Assembly: GCA_026005055.1 (NCBI GenBank)
Contig: BPKI01000001.1
Span: 1,939,290-2,003,289 of the forward strand
Length of the DNA stretch: 64,000 bases
Source: Lysobacterales bacterium
Lineage (GTDB): Bacteria > Pseudomonadota > Gammaproteobacteria > Xanthomonadales > BPKI01
Reading direction: 5' to 3'
Shown here: one piece after another, positions 54,487 through 63,180 of the stretch
How positions within the stretch are numbered: the first letter of the stretch is position 1
How the letters are laid out: every line of letters starts with the position of its first letter
The notes under the pieces: generated by a model
The model's database searches: none
What the model was told of the DNA's origin: nothing
The model's input: only the letters and a program-made list of their open reading frames with translations
Program-made: the position numbers and the translations under genes

Positions 54487-55650
54487 TCAATCTCCCGAGG
54501 ATTCGCGGCGCTCGACGGCGTCTTCGGGGATGCGATCCGGCTCCGAAGCCGATTCCGCGACCCGCTCGGAATCGGACGCGGGCTCGACTGGCGGCGAGAT
54601 CCCCACTTCGTCGATCGCGGTCACCTCGGCGCCGTCGCGCAAGGCCTGCCGGCCGACCGTCGCCACCCGGTCGCCGAGCTCCAGACCGGACACGACCTCC
54701 GCGAAGGGACCGTCACTCGCGCCGAGGCGAAGCTCCACCCGCTGCGCGCGTCCGTCACGGATGCGGAAGGCGAAGACGCGGCCATCCTCCTCGATCAGCG
54801 CTTCGCGGGGAACCACCGGCACACCCTCCCGCCGCTCGTAAACGATCCGCAGGCGTCCGAACATCCCCGCCCGGAGACGCTCCTTGGGATCGTCGAATGC
54901 GGCCGTCACGCGGAAAGTGCCGGTTCCGGCATCGAGTGCGGGGCTCACCCGCAAGACTCGTCCCATGAAAACCTCGCCACCGAGGGCATCCACCACCATG
55001 AGCGCCGGCAAGCCTGGACGCATCCTCGAAAACTCCCGCTCCGGCACGTGCAACACCGCAAGCAGGGGGCGGAAGCTCGCGATCCGGAAAAGGGGCTGAT
55101 TGGGCTGGATCAGATTGCCCTCCTTGACCAGACGCTCGAGAATCACGCCGCCGATCGGCGCACGAACCTCGGTATAGGACAGCTCGAGCGCCGCGAGATC
55201 GCGGGCGGCGCGCTGCACGGCCAGATCCGATCGAATGCGCTCGTAAGCCTCTTCAGAGAGCAATTTTTGCGCTCGCAGTTCGGTCGCGCGGCGGAACTCG
55301 TTCTCCAGACGCGCCAAGTTGGCCTCTGCGCGGGCGAGCTCCAGACGCTGCCGTTCGTCGTCGAGCCGGGCGAGAGGTTGGCCGGCCTCGACCCGATCCC
55401 CCTCCTCGGCGAGGAGACGGACCAAAACCCCCGAGGTCTTGGCGACCACCGCGGTCTCGCGCTCCGCCTCGAGCGTCGCCGGGCCCTGATGACTGAGTTC
55501 GATCGATCCGAGCCGTACCTCGGCGACGGCCACGGCAAGACGCGGCGCTTCGGAGGTCGAGCGCGCGCCCGCATCGGGGCGGCCGCATCCGGAGGCGATG
55601 AGGAGCGCGGCGAACGCGAGCCAAAAGAACGGTTCGAGGGCGTGTTTCAT
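54487..55650 (-). CDS. RND efflux periplasmic adaptor (membrane fusion protein)
   Basis: It has a lipoprotein-like start (MKHALEPFFWLAFAALLIASGC), a coiled-coil hairpin and beta-barrel MFP segments. It is the first gene of the adaptor-pump-pump operon. Confidence 0.88.
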   Translation of the reverse strand: MKHALEPFFWLAFAALLIASGCGRPDAGARSTSEAPRLAVAVAEVRLGSIELSHQGPATLEAERETAVVAKTSGVLVRLLAEEGDRVEAGQPLARLDDERQRLELARAEANLARLENEFRRATELRAQKLLSEEAYERIRSDLAVQRAARDLAALELSYTEVRAPIGGVILERLVKEGNLIQPNQPLFRIASFRPLLAVLHVPEREFSRMRPGLPALMVVDALGGEVFMGRVLRVSPALDAGTGTFRVTAAFDDPKERLRAGMFGRLRIVYERREGVPVVPREALIEEDGRVFAFRIRDGRAQRVELRLGASDGPFAEVVSGLELGDRVATVGRQALRDGAEVTAIDEVGISPPVEPASDSERVAESASEPDRIPEDAVERRESSGD

Positions 55651-55868
55651 GGCCAACATCCTGCGCCGGGCCGCCGCCTCTGCAACAGGGCCGAAGGTCA
55701 TGCCGAATCCCGAAGGACAAAGGCCGAGGGCGGGATCATCGAGGATCCCTGCGGCCCGTTTCCGGAACGCCCCTGGGCTTCGTCATCCGCCCGGGCTCGC
55801 CTTTTCGAAGCGATCGTGGCACGGGCGATCATCGCCCGCTCGCGGGGCGCCTTCCCTCGCAGAGGGAT

Positions 55869-56987
55869 GTGCTGCCGCTCTGGCAACGGGGCATCGCGCT
55901 CAGCGCGGGCGGCTGGCACCCCTTCGCGTGGCGCGATCCCTGGCCGAATGCCGATTCCCCGATCGGCGCGGACACCGTGCGCGCCTTGCGGTGGCTTGCA
56001 AGGCGCGGGGAGAGGTTCGCGCCGGTCTTCGCGCTGAGCGTTCTCTTCGGGCCTATCGGGCCATCCGATCTCTTGAGGCTGCCCTCGGCATGTTTCGCGA
56101 TGCCTTCCTCTTTCTGCTCGTTGCTCGCGCGGCTTGTCGTCACCCGCCGAGGCGAGGCTCGGCCACCGCATCCGGTGCGGCACGATTGCCGCCTCGATGC
56201 GAGCGATCGGGTCTCCGATGCGAAGCCTAAGGCGAGGTCGCCGCTGGATACCTTCGACCCTGAGCAGACGCTCCTCGAGCGACTTCTCGGACTGAAGCCG
56301 CCCGCCCCTCCCCGTGGTCCTGGTGGTCTGAAACCGCCTCGCACTCGAGCTCGCCGGCGCAGGGCCCGCTCATCGGCCTCGAGAAGCATCGCCTCTTGGA
56401 TCAGGCCGCCACGAACATGCTTCGCCGAATGCGCGCATCCGGCCGCGTTGCTCATCGACACTCACCGGTCCGACTACATTGAGGCATTCGCGGCCACGCC
56501 GCCGATGATGGGCCTTCGCGAACCCTCGGTGCGATGTCCGGAAGGTTGGCTGAAGGCGCGGGCGTGGTGCCCGGAAAGCCGGGGCGAAGAGGCCTTCGCG
56601 CACTTCTCTCGCCGGGCCGAGGCCCATGCGGCCCTGGCGCTCTGGGAAGGGTTGGACGCCGCTTCCTCAGAGCGATGCCCGAGGCAATCAGCCTCTCCAT
56701 CCGGGTCCCCATCGAGGATCGGAATGGGGGCCCCTCTCACCACCCGCCCGCAGGAGGCTCTCTTCTCTCGGAGGCTTGCCGCTCGAGCTTCTGCTCTCAC
56801 CTTGCGCGCAGGCGGGGGAGGATGCGCGCGATCGCACCGAGCGGAGAGGTCGGGACTGCGCGCGAGCGGCGACAAGCGCCTCCCCGCCCCTGCCGGCTGG
56901 AGAGGTACACTCAGGAGGTTTCGGAAGACGAGAGAACCCCCTTGCTGTCAATCCGCCGGCGAGTCCTGCTCATTCTGCTGTGGCTGA
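55869..56987 (+). CDS. Questionable hypothetical ORF
   Basis: This is the only frame in the 55.7-56.9 kb gap with sustained high third-position GC (clearest at 55869 to about 56290 and about 56440-56680). It has no recognisable motifs and an Arg/Pro-rich middle. Its 3' end overlaps the next gene. Confidence 0.2.
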   Translation: MLPLWQRGIALSAGGWHPFAWRDPWPNADSPIGADTVRALRWLARRGERFAPVFALSVLFGPIGPSDLLRLPSACFAMPSSFCSLLARLVVTRRGEARPPHPVRHDCRLDASDRVSDAKPKARSPLDTFDPEQTLLERLLGLKPPAPPRGPGGLKPPRTRARRRRARSSASRSIASWIRPPRTCFAECAHPAALLIDTHRSDYIEAFAATPPMMGLREPSVRCPEGWLKARAWCPESRGEEAFAHFSRRAEAHAALALWEGLDAASSERCPRQSASPSGSPSRIGMGAPLTTRPQEALFSRRLAARASALTLRAGGGGCARSHRAERSGLRASGDKRLPAPAGWRGTLRRFRKTREPPCCQSAGESCSFCCG

Positions 56988-58399
56988 TCGCACCGCATGC
57001 GCGGGCGAGCGACGAGGAGTTCTGGTATGCCATCTACCTCGAAGGACGCAAGATCGGCACGGCCCACGCCGAGAGGCGGATCGACGAGGAGGGCGGGATC
57101 AGGGCCCGTATGCGCATGGAGCTTGCGATGGAGCGCAACGGCGTTCGCATCGGCATGGCCACCCAAGAGGAGCACCTCGAGTCGGCGGATGGTCGGCCGC
57201 TCGCACTCGCCGGCGAGACGATCTTCGGCGGTCAGAGCCTCCAGCGCTACGAGGGCGAGATTCGAGACGGCAAGCTTCGCTTGCGTCTGACCGGGCCAGC
57301 GGGCGAATCCCGCCGCGAGCTCGTTTGGCCGGAGGGAGCGACGCTCAGCGAAGGCTTGAGACGGGCGCTGAGCGGGCTCGAGCCCGGCGCGACGGCGATG
57401 CTGTCGCTGTTCGTCGGCGACCTCCTCGAGCCCGTTCCCGTGCGGCTGCGCGCGATCGACTACGAGGCCGTCGAATTGCCCGAGCTCGGTGCGGTTCGAC
57501 TGCTCAGGGTCGAGCAGCAAACCGACATCGCCGGCCACCGCCTCGAAACCACGCTTTGGACCGACGAGCGGGGCGCGATTCCCAAGATGAGCATGCCCTT
57601 GCTCGGATCGCACATCGAACTGCTCGCCTGCTCGCGTGCCTGCGCCGAGGCTCCGAGCGACGTCGGCGGCCTCTTCGAGCGCAGCCTGGCACCGGCCCCC
57701 GAGGGAACGGCCGGTCTGAACCGTCGCCTCGCCTGGATCTATGAGATCCGTTCCCGCGACGGCGGCGGTGTCGTGCTTCCGGCCAGCGCGGAGCAGCGAG
57801 CCCGACGCGCCGAGTCCGAGTCGGAGTGGATCGTCGAGGTGCGGCCTGGTCAGAGCGCCCGCGAGGACACCGTGCCCGGGGCGCAATACCTCGCCCCGAA
57901 CCGATGGATCGAGAGCGATCACGAGGAGATCGTTCGCTTCGCCCGCGCGGCCGTCCCTTCCGCGGCCTCCCCAGCCGAGGCGATGAAGGCCCTCGAAGCC
58001 GCGGTCGCCAAGCACATCCGCGACAAATCCCTCGCGGTCGGCTACGCCAGCGCCCTCGAGACCCTGCGCTCGCGAAGCGGTGATTGCACTGAACATGCCC
58101 TCCTCTTGGCCGCTGCCGGGCGGGCGCTCGGGATTCCCACCCGGGTCGCGACCGGCCTGGTCTTCAGTCCCGCCTTCGGCGAGGCACGCGAGGTCTTCGT
58201 TCCGCACGCCTGGACCCAGGCATGGATCGATCAGCGCTGGATCAGCTTCGACGCGGCTCAGAACGGCTTCGGCGGCGGCCATCTCCTGCTCGCGACCGGG
58301 GACGGGGATCCTTGGCGCTTCGCCGAGGGCATCGCTCAGCTCGGGCGTTTGGACATCATCGGGGTCCGGGAAGCGGCCGAAGTCGAAACGCGGCGATGA
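56822..58399 (+). CDS. Transglutaminase-like cysteine protease-fold protein, exported
   Basis: The C-terminal core has the Cys-His-Asp pattern (RSGDCTEHALLLAAAGRALGIPTRV...VPHAWTQAW...ISFDA). The signal/TM segment is RRRVLLILLWLIAPHARA. The start is ambiguous (ATG at 56822 or TTG at 56942). Confidence 0.8.
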   Translation: MRAIAPSGEVGTARERRQAPPRPCRLERYTQEVSEDERTPLLSIRRRVLLILLWLIAPHARASDEEFWYAIYLEGRKIGTAHAERRIDEEGGIRARMRMELAMERNGVRIGMATQEEHLESADGRPLALAGETIFGGQSLQRYEGEIRDGKLRLRLTGPAGESRRELVWPEGATLSEGLRRALSGLEPGATAMLSLFVGDLLEPVPVRLRAIDYEAVELPELGAVRLLRVEQQTDIAGHRLETTLWTDERGAIPKMSMPLLGSHIELLACSRACAEAPSDVGGLFERSLAPAPEGTAGLNRRLAWIYEIRSRDGGGVVLPASAEQRARRAESESEWIVEVRPGQSAREDTVPGAQYLAPNRWIESDHEEIVRFARAAVPSAASPAEAMKALEAAVAKHIRDKSLAVGYASALETLRSRSGDCTEHALLLAAAGRALGIPTRVATGLVFSPAFGEAREVFVPHAWTQAWIDQRWISFDAAQNGFGGGHLLLATGDGDPWRFAEGIAQLGRLDIIGVREAAEVETRR

Positions 58400-58534
58400 G
58401 GACACAGTTTCGAAAATGTGACCGCTCGCGCGGACTGCGACTCTGCGCTGCCCCAGAATCGCGGCTCACGACGCGTTCCTCGATTCCGAAAGCTCCCCCA
58501 TCCTTCATCACCGAAGCGAGGACGTGTCCTAGGC

Positions 58535-58570
58535 GGGCGGGGCATCGCGGCCCCGCCCGTCGCCTTTTCT
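58535..58570 (+). terminator. Rho-independent terminator after the transglutaminase-like gene
   Basis: A perfect 9-bp GC stem (GGGCGGGGC / GCCCCGCCC) with a 6-nt loop, followed by GTCGCCTTTTCT. Confidence 0.7.
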
Positions 58571-58601
58571 GCCCCGCTCCGCCCGGATCTCGGCCTTCTC
58601 G

Positions 58602-59456
58602 GTGGTGAGCGCGACCAGACTTTCGGCCCGGAGCGGGTGCGCGGAGGCGGTGCGGAGCCACGCTCCCATCCTCCTGAACGGGGCATGGCTTCAGCTCGAG
58701 GGTGCCCCCTCAGTAGGCTTCCTCGCTCGTCGCAAAGCGGGCGGAGAGAAGCTCGGGAGGCTGCTCTTGCCTCCGGGTCGGGTGGCCCGCTTCGAGGGCG
58801 AGCGCGCGCTGAGCGCATCGGAACGCCGTGAACTCCTCGGGCTCGTCCGGCGGGTCGCGCCGTCGCGGCGCTGGCTGAGCTGGGGTGGGCGCGAAGTGCG
58901 CCGGCGGGCGCTACCGCTGTCCTCGCAGGCCCCACCGCCCCTCTCCCTCTCCGAGCTTCTCTCTTCGCTCGGTCTCGAACTCCAAGCCTGTCTCGACCGC
59001 GGTCTGCCGCGCCATCCGGAGCCGCTGGAGCTTCGTTTCATCGGCAAGGACCGGCGAGGGCGCGCCCATTGGCTGATCGCTCCCGCGGCTACGGCGTTCA
59101 AGGCCATGCAGGAAGCGGCGCGAAGAGAGGGCATCGCCCTCGAAATCGTCTCCTCCTTCCGGAGCGTCCTGCACCAGGCCGAGATCTTCCGCCGCAAGCT
59201 GGCCCGCGGGATTCCCCTCTCCGAGATCCTTCGGGTGAACGCCCCGCCCGGCTTCAGCGAGCACCACAGCGGTCGGGCGCTCGATCTCGGCACGCCGGGT
59301 TGCCCGCCCACCGAGGAAGCCTTCGAGCAGACCTCGGCCTTCCGCTGGCTGGAGCGACACGCCGCAGGCTTCGGCTTCCGACTGAGCTATCCGCGCGAGA
59401 ACCCCTACGGCTTCATCTACGAGCCCTGGCACTGGTGCTGGTCGAGCGGCCCATGA
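58602..59456 (+). CDS. Peptidase M15 family (VanY / D-alanyl-D-alanine carboxypeptidase-like)
   Basis: The C-terminal half carries the zinc-ligand pattern SFRS...PGFSEHHSGRALD...GFRLSYP...YEPWHW. The N-terminal extent is uncertain. Confidence 0.8.
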   Translation: MVSATRLSARSGCAEAVRSHAPILLNGAWLQLEGAPSVGFLARRKAGGEKLGRLLLPPGRVARFEGERALSASERRELLGLVRRVAPSRRWLSWGGREVRRRALPLSSQAPPPLSLSELLSSLGLELQACLDRGLPRHPEPLELRFIGKDRRGRAHWLIAPAATAFKAMQEAARREGIALEIVSSFRSVLHQAEIFRRKLARGIPLSEILRVNAPPGFSEHHSGRALDLGTPGCPPTEEAFEQTSAFRWLERHAAGFGFRLSYPRENPYGFIYEPWHWCWSSGP

Positions 59457-60094
59457 GCGGCAAGGCGCCAGAGCAGGAGGCTGGCCAGCGTGCGATGAGG
59501 GCGCCAGGCCTCGCCGGCGGAGGCGAGTTCGCCTGCGGACACGGGTCGGCCTCGGCCGAGCAGGTGGGCATAACCGCGGCGCAGACCGAGATCCGCCACC
59601 GCGAGCACATCGGGACGGCCGAGAGTGAAGATCAGCACCATCTCCGCGGTCCACCGCCCCACCCCCCGGTGCCGGCATAGTCGTTCGAGCAGCGCCGCAT
59701 CCGAAAGCACTGCCGCCTCCGCCCCGAGCGGCAAAGATCCTCGAAGCGCCGCATCCGCGAGGCCAATCAAGCTTTGGGCCTTGGCCGCCGAGAGCCCGAG
59801 CGCGCGAAGGCCGGTCTCTCCCCCCTTCAGCACCGCCGCAGGCGTGAGCGGACAGCCGAGCGCCTCCTCCACGCGCCTCTCGACCGCTCCCGCCGCCCGC
59901 GCCGAGAGCTGCTGGGCGATCACGGCCCTCACCAGCCCATCGAAGAGCGAGGGAGGCTTGCGCCAACTCGGCGGCGCCTCCGGCCAGCCCACCCGTGCGG
60001 CCGCCATCCGCAAACGCGGATCGGCGGCAGCGAGTTGGGCTTTGGCCACCTCCCAGTCGAAGCCTGGCCTCAGCCCATCGCGCTCCCCGCTCAA
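59417..60094 (-). CDS. DNA-3-methyladenine glycosylase II family (AlkA-like, HhH-GPD)
   Basis: It has HhH-GPD hallmarks (LVRAVIAQQLSARAA, LGLSAAKAQSLIGLA, HRGVGRWTAEMVLIF, GRPDVLAVADLGLRRG). Confidence 0.8.
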   Translation of the reverse strand: MSGERDGLRPGFDWEVAKAQLAAADPRLRMAAARVGWPEAPPSWRKPPSLFDGLVRAVIAQQLSARAAGAVERRVEEALGCPLTPAAVLKGGETGLRALGLSAAKAQSLIGLADAALRGSLPLGAEAAVLSDAALLERLCRHRGVGRWTAEMVLIFTLGRPDVLAVADLGLRRGYAHLLGRGRPVSAGELASAGEAWRPHRTLASLLLWRLAAHGPLDQHQCQGS

Positions 60095-62931
60095 GGCGTG
60101 GGCTGGAAGTTGATGGTGAGGACCGGTGTGGCGTTCTGCGCGCCGATGGTCATCGGCTTATAGGCATTCACCAGCCAACGTGGGAGCTGGCTGACGTAGG
60201 CCGGACCCTCGGTGATCACCCCGCTCTGGCCGCCGGGGATGACTTGCAGCGCCACCGGCGGGTCGGTCATCTCGCCGATGAAGCGGCGCACCGGGCCACC
60301 TCCGAACATGAAGCCGTTGAGGTCGATATTGCGGGCATTGTGACCGGAGGCATCCACCACCTCGAAACCGCCGGCACGCGCCAAGCCCGGCAGTCCCGGT
60401 CCGAGATCGCGGAAGGGGAAGGGATTGTCGCCCGGGATGTTGAAGGGCCCCCCGAGCTGATGGCGGAAGACGACGCGGTGCAGCCGGCCCCAACGGTAAT
60501 CGTCGAGGTTGGTCGAGCGGTTGAAGGCCGGAGCAAAGTCAGCCGAAGCGAGCCGGTCCAAGGCATCGGCCAGGCTCTTCAGCAACAGGAAATCCCGGGC
60601 CGCCGCCTTGTTGGGAGCGCCTTCCACGCGGAAGAAATCGACGCCCGAAGCCCCCACGCCTTGCCGTTGCGGGAAGACCTCGAGATGATGCCGAAGCGAG
60701 GCGTAAGCCTGGGTGGCGCCAGGCAGCCGTTGTCCGAGCCCCACCCGCGCCAGGGTCGCGTCGATGACGTTGCGGATCGCGTAGGCGCGCCACAGGGCAA
60801 AAATGGTCGCGGCGGTGCTATTCCGAATCTCTTGCGCGCTCGGCGGCGTCCCCGGCACACGGAAGGGGTCGAAACCTTCCGCGAGGCCGGTCGGTGTCGA
60901 GAAATCCCAGGTCTGAAGCCTCGCGATCGCCGCCTGAATGCGCGGCTGCTGGGCGAGGGCCGCGAGCTGCGACCAGGCACCAGCGGCCTGCGCATTCTGG
61001 AAGGCACGCAAGAGGTGCGGCAGCACCAGCTCGGCGTCGAGCATTTGGTTGTTTGCCTGCAGACGGATCATGTCCTCGCGCGTGATCTTCTGGCCGCTCG
61101 CAATATGGGCCTGGATCACCCGATCGATCCGCCCCATACGGTGGCCATCGGCGTAGCCCGGGCTGAGGTAGTAAAGACCGCCGCCTGGGCGCAGTTGGTT
61201 GAGCGGGTTGTTGTCGAGACTGGTGCCGACGGGGTCGTTGTTGGCGTTGGCGAGGTAGCCCTGCGCCGGATTCACCGCTTGCGGGAGCTCGGAGAAGGGC
61301 AACACCTCGAAGCCGCGCACCTGCCCCGGCTGCGGGTTGCGAACAGGGAGCCACTCGTGGCGGCGCGAGCCATCACCGGTGCGGATCAGGAAGGGCGGAA
61401 CGCCCCCGTCGGGGGCGCCGAGATTCTGCAAGTCATCGCGCACCGGCACGTCCACCGGCGCGAAGTAGGCGATATTGCCCTCGCGGTCGGCGTAAGCCCA
61501 GTTCTGGGAGCCGACGTTGAAGCCGGTCAGCGCCTGGCGGAACTCCTGGAGATTACGCGCCCGGTTGACCCGACGGACGGTATCGAGCTCGCCGGTCGCG
61601 CGGAAGCCCATCCAGGCGACCGACAGCCCACCCGAGCCTTGGATTTGCAGCACCGGGCCGAAGTTGCGCCGCGGCACGATCACCGTCACCCCGCCGTTGG
61701 TGTAGCCGATCGAGTTGTCGCGGCGGATGTTGTTCGCCACCCCGTCCCCGATCTGATTGACGAAGAAGCTCTGCACGACCCACAGCACCGGCTCCAGCGT
61801 ATTGCCGAAGACCGTATGCGTGGGCAGGCCGTAGGTGTTGAGGACAAAACGCTCCTGGAAGGTATCGGTGATGTCGATCGGGTTGGTGGTCAGACCCCAG
61901 CAGAAGCGGGTGGTGCAGCCAAGAAGCGGAAATGGGGTACCCGGCGCGATCAAGCCCACCGTGTCCATCGGCTCGGGATAGCGGGGATCGGTGGAGCGGA
62001 TGTTCGCCTCCCAGAACAACGTGGGCATCTCGAGGGAGAGATGCGGATCGTTGGCGAGGATCGGCCGCCCCGAAGCGGTGTGCTGGCCGCCTACGATCCA
62101 CCAGTTGCTGCCTTCTTGCGTCTCCCGCCGCTCAAGCCGCGGCGCGAGCCACGGATTGGCCGCCCATTGCTCGCGAAGCGCCTCGGCCAGCGCGATGGTT
62201 TCCTCGGGAATCATCCCGAGCTGCTTCCAGAAGGGTTCGGCCTCCTTGCCCGCGGCAGCTTCAGCCGGACGGAAGCCGGGCACCGTGACCCGCCCGTCGG
62301 CGGGCGCGACACGGAAGGTGTCCTCGAAGAACAGAGCGGTCCCATTGAAGTTGCCTGCCTGACCGGCCTGCTGGTAGGCGGCGAGGTTGAGCGTCGGGTC
62401 GATCTCGAGATCGAAGGAAAGCTGGAAGGCGAGCAGCTTGCCGATGACGATCGAATCGACCGGGTGCCAAGGATCGGCGACCGTGATCTCGAGCGCACCG
62501 TATTCCGGCGGCAGCGGATTGGTGCGCAACCAGAAGTTCACCCCGTCGGCGTAGGCCTTGAGAAGGCCGCGCAGCTCCTCGCTGGCCGCCGCCCAGCTCT
62601 CCCAAGCGGCCCGACGAAGACCGAGGGTGCGAAGCTGCACGTCGTTGGCGAGGGCCGCCGGCCCGAGGAGCTCGGCGAGCGTCCCACTGCCCACCCGGCG
62701 CAGCCGGTCCATCTGCCAGAAGCGATCGCGAGCATGGGCCCAGCCGGCGAGGAACGCGGCATCGAAGTCGTTTTGCGCCTGGATGATCGGCACCCCTTCG
62801 GCGTCGTAGCCCACCGTGCCCGGGGCCCGAAGCGCCGGTGCGACGATGGTGGTGGCCTCGCTCGGATACGCGAGCGCAAAGCCGACGGCCAATGCGAGCG
62901 GACGAAGCGACGAAAGAAAACGGCGACGCAT
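60091..62931 (-). CDS. Penicillin acylase family protein (peptidase S45, Ntn-hydrolase; possibly an acyl-homoserine-lactone acylase)
   Basis: It has a signal peptide (MRRRFLSSLRPLALAVGFALA), FLAGWAHARDRFWQMD, and the autoprocessing/nucleophile site GSNWWIVGGQHTASGRPILANDPHL. Confidence 0.9.
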   Translation of the reverse strand: MRRRFLSSLRPLALAVGFALAYPSEATTIVAPALRAPGTVGYDAEGVPIIQAQNDFDAAFLAGWAHARDRFWQMDRLRRVGSGTLAELLGPAALANDVQLRTLGLRRAAWESWAAASEELRGLLKAYADGVNFWLRTNPLPPEYGALEITVADPWHPVDSIVIGKLLAFQLSFDLEIDPTLNLAAYQQAGQAGNFNGTALFFEDTFRVAPADGRVTVPGFRPAEAAAGKEAEPFWKQLGMIPEETIALAEALREQWAANPWLAPRLERRETQEGSNWWIVGGQHTASGRPILANDPHLSLEMPTLFWEANIRSTDPRYPEPMDTVGLIAPGTPFPLLGCTTRFCWGLTTNPIDITDTFQERFVLNTYGLPTHTVFGNTLEPVLWVVQSFFVNQIGDGVANNIRRDNSIGYTNGGVTVIVPRRNFGPVLQIQGSGGLSVAWMGFRATGELDTVRRVNRARNLQEFRQALTGFNVGSQNWAYADREGNIAYFAPVDVPVRDDLQNLGAPDGGVPPFLIRTGDGSRRHEWLPVRNPQPGQVRGFEVLPFSELPQAVNPAQGYLANANNDPVGTSLDNNPLNQLRPGGGLYYLSPGYADGHRMGRIDRVIQAHIASGQKITREDMIRLQANNQMLDAELVLPHLLRAFQNAQAAGAWSQLAALAQQPRIQAAIARLQTWDFSTPTGLAEGFDPFRVPGTPPSAQEIRNSTAATIFALWRAYAIRNVIDATLARVGLGQRLPGATQAYASLRHHLEVFPQRQGVGASGVDFFRVEGAPNKAAARDFLLLKSLADALDRLASADFAPAFNRSTNLDDYRWGRLHRVVFRHQLGGPFNIPGDNPFPFRDLGPGLPGLARAGGFEVVDASGHNARNIDLNGFMFGGGPVRRFIGEMTDPPVALQVIPGGQSGVITEGPAYVSQLPRWLVNAYKPMTIGAQNATPVLTINFQPTP

Positions 62932-63180
62932 GAAGATCCCCCTCTCGACCAATGCAGTGAAGGTGAAGCGGCGGAAGCGACCCCGCCCGCGACCCTTGCG
63001 CGACTATAGCCCTCCGCGAGCCTTCGGCCAAGACCGTCGAAGGCACCGGCACGAGGCTTCCGGAGCGCGGTGTCTGAACGACGTTCGAATGCCCGGACTT
63101 GGCGGAGGCCGAAGGCCCGCAAACCGAGTGAGAGCGACCATTACTCTATGAGATGAGAATCCATACAAAAGGATGGTCAC

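Noticed and set aside
55823-55837. A perfect 15-bp palindrome GGGCGATCATCGCCC upstream of the RND operon, considered as an operator.
   Set aside because: A 7+1+7 palindrome is expected a few times by chance in 64 kb of biased-composition DNA. No adjacent regulator gene supports it. I mention it only inside the finding on the unresolved region.
59995-63009. A 1004-aa plus-strand ORF antisense to the penicillin-acylase-family gene.
   Set aside because: The reasoning is the same. The minus strand has clear S45 motifs (GSNWW nucleophile site), and the plus-strand product is low-complexity.
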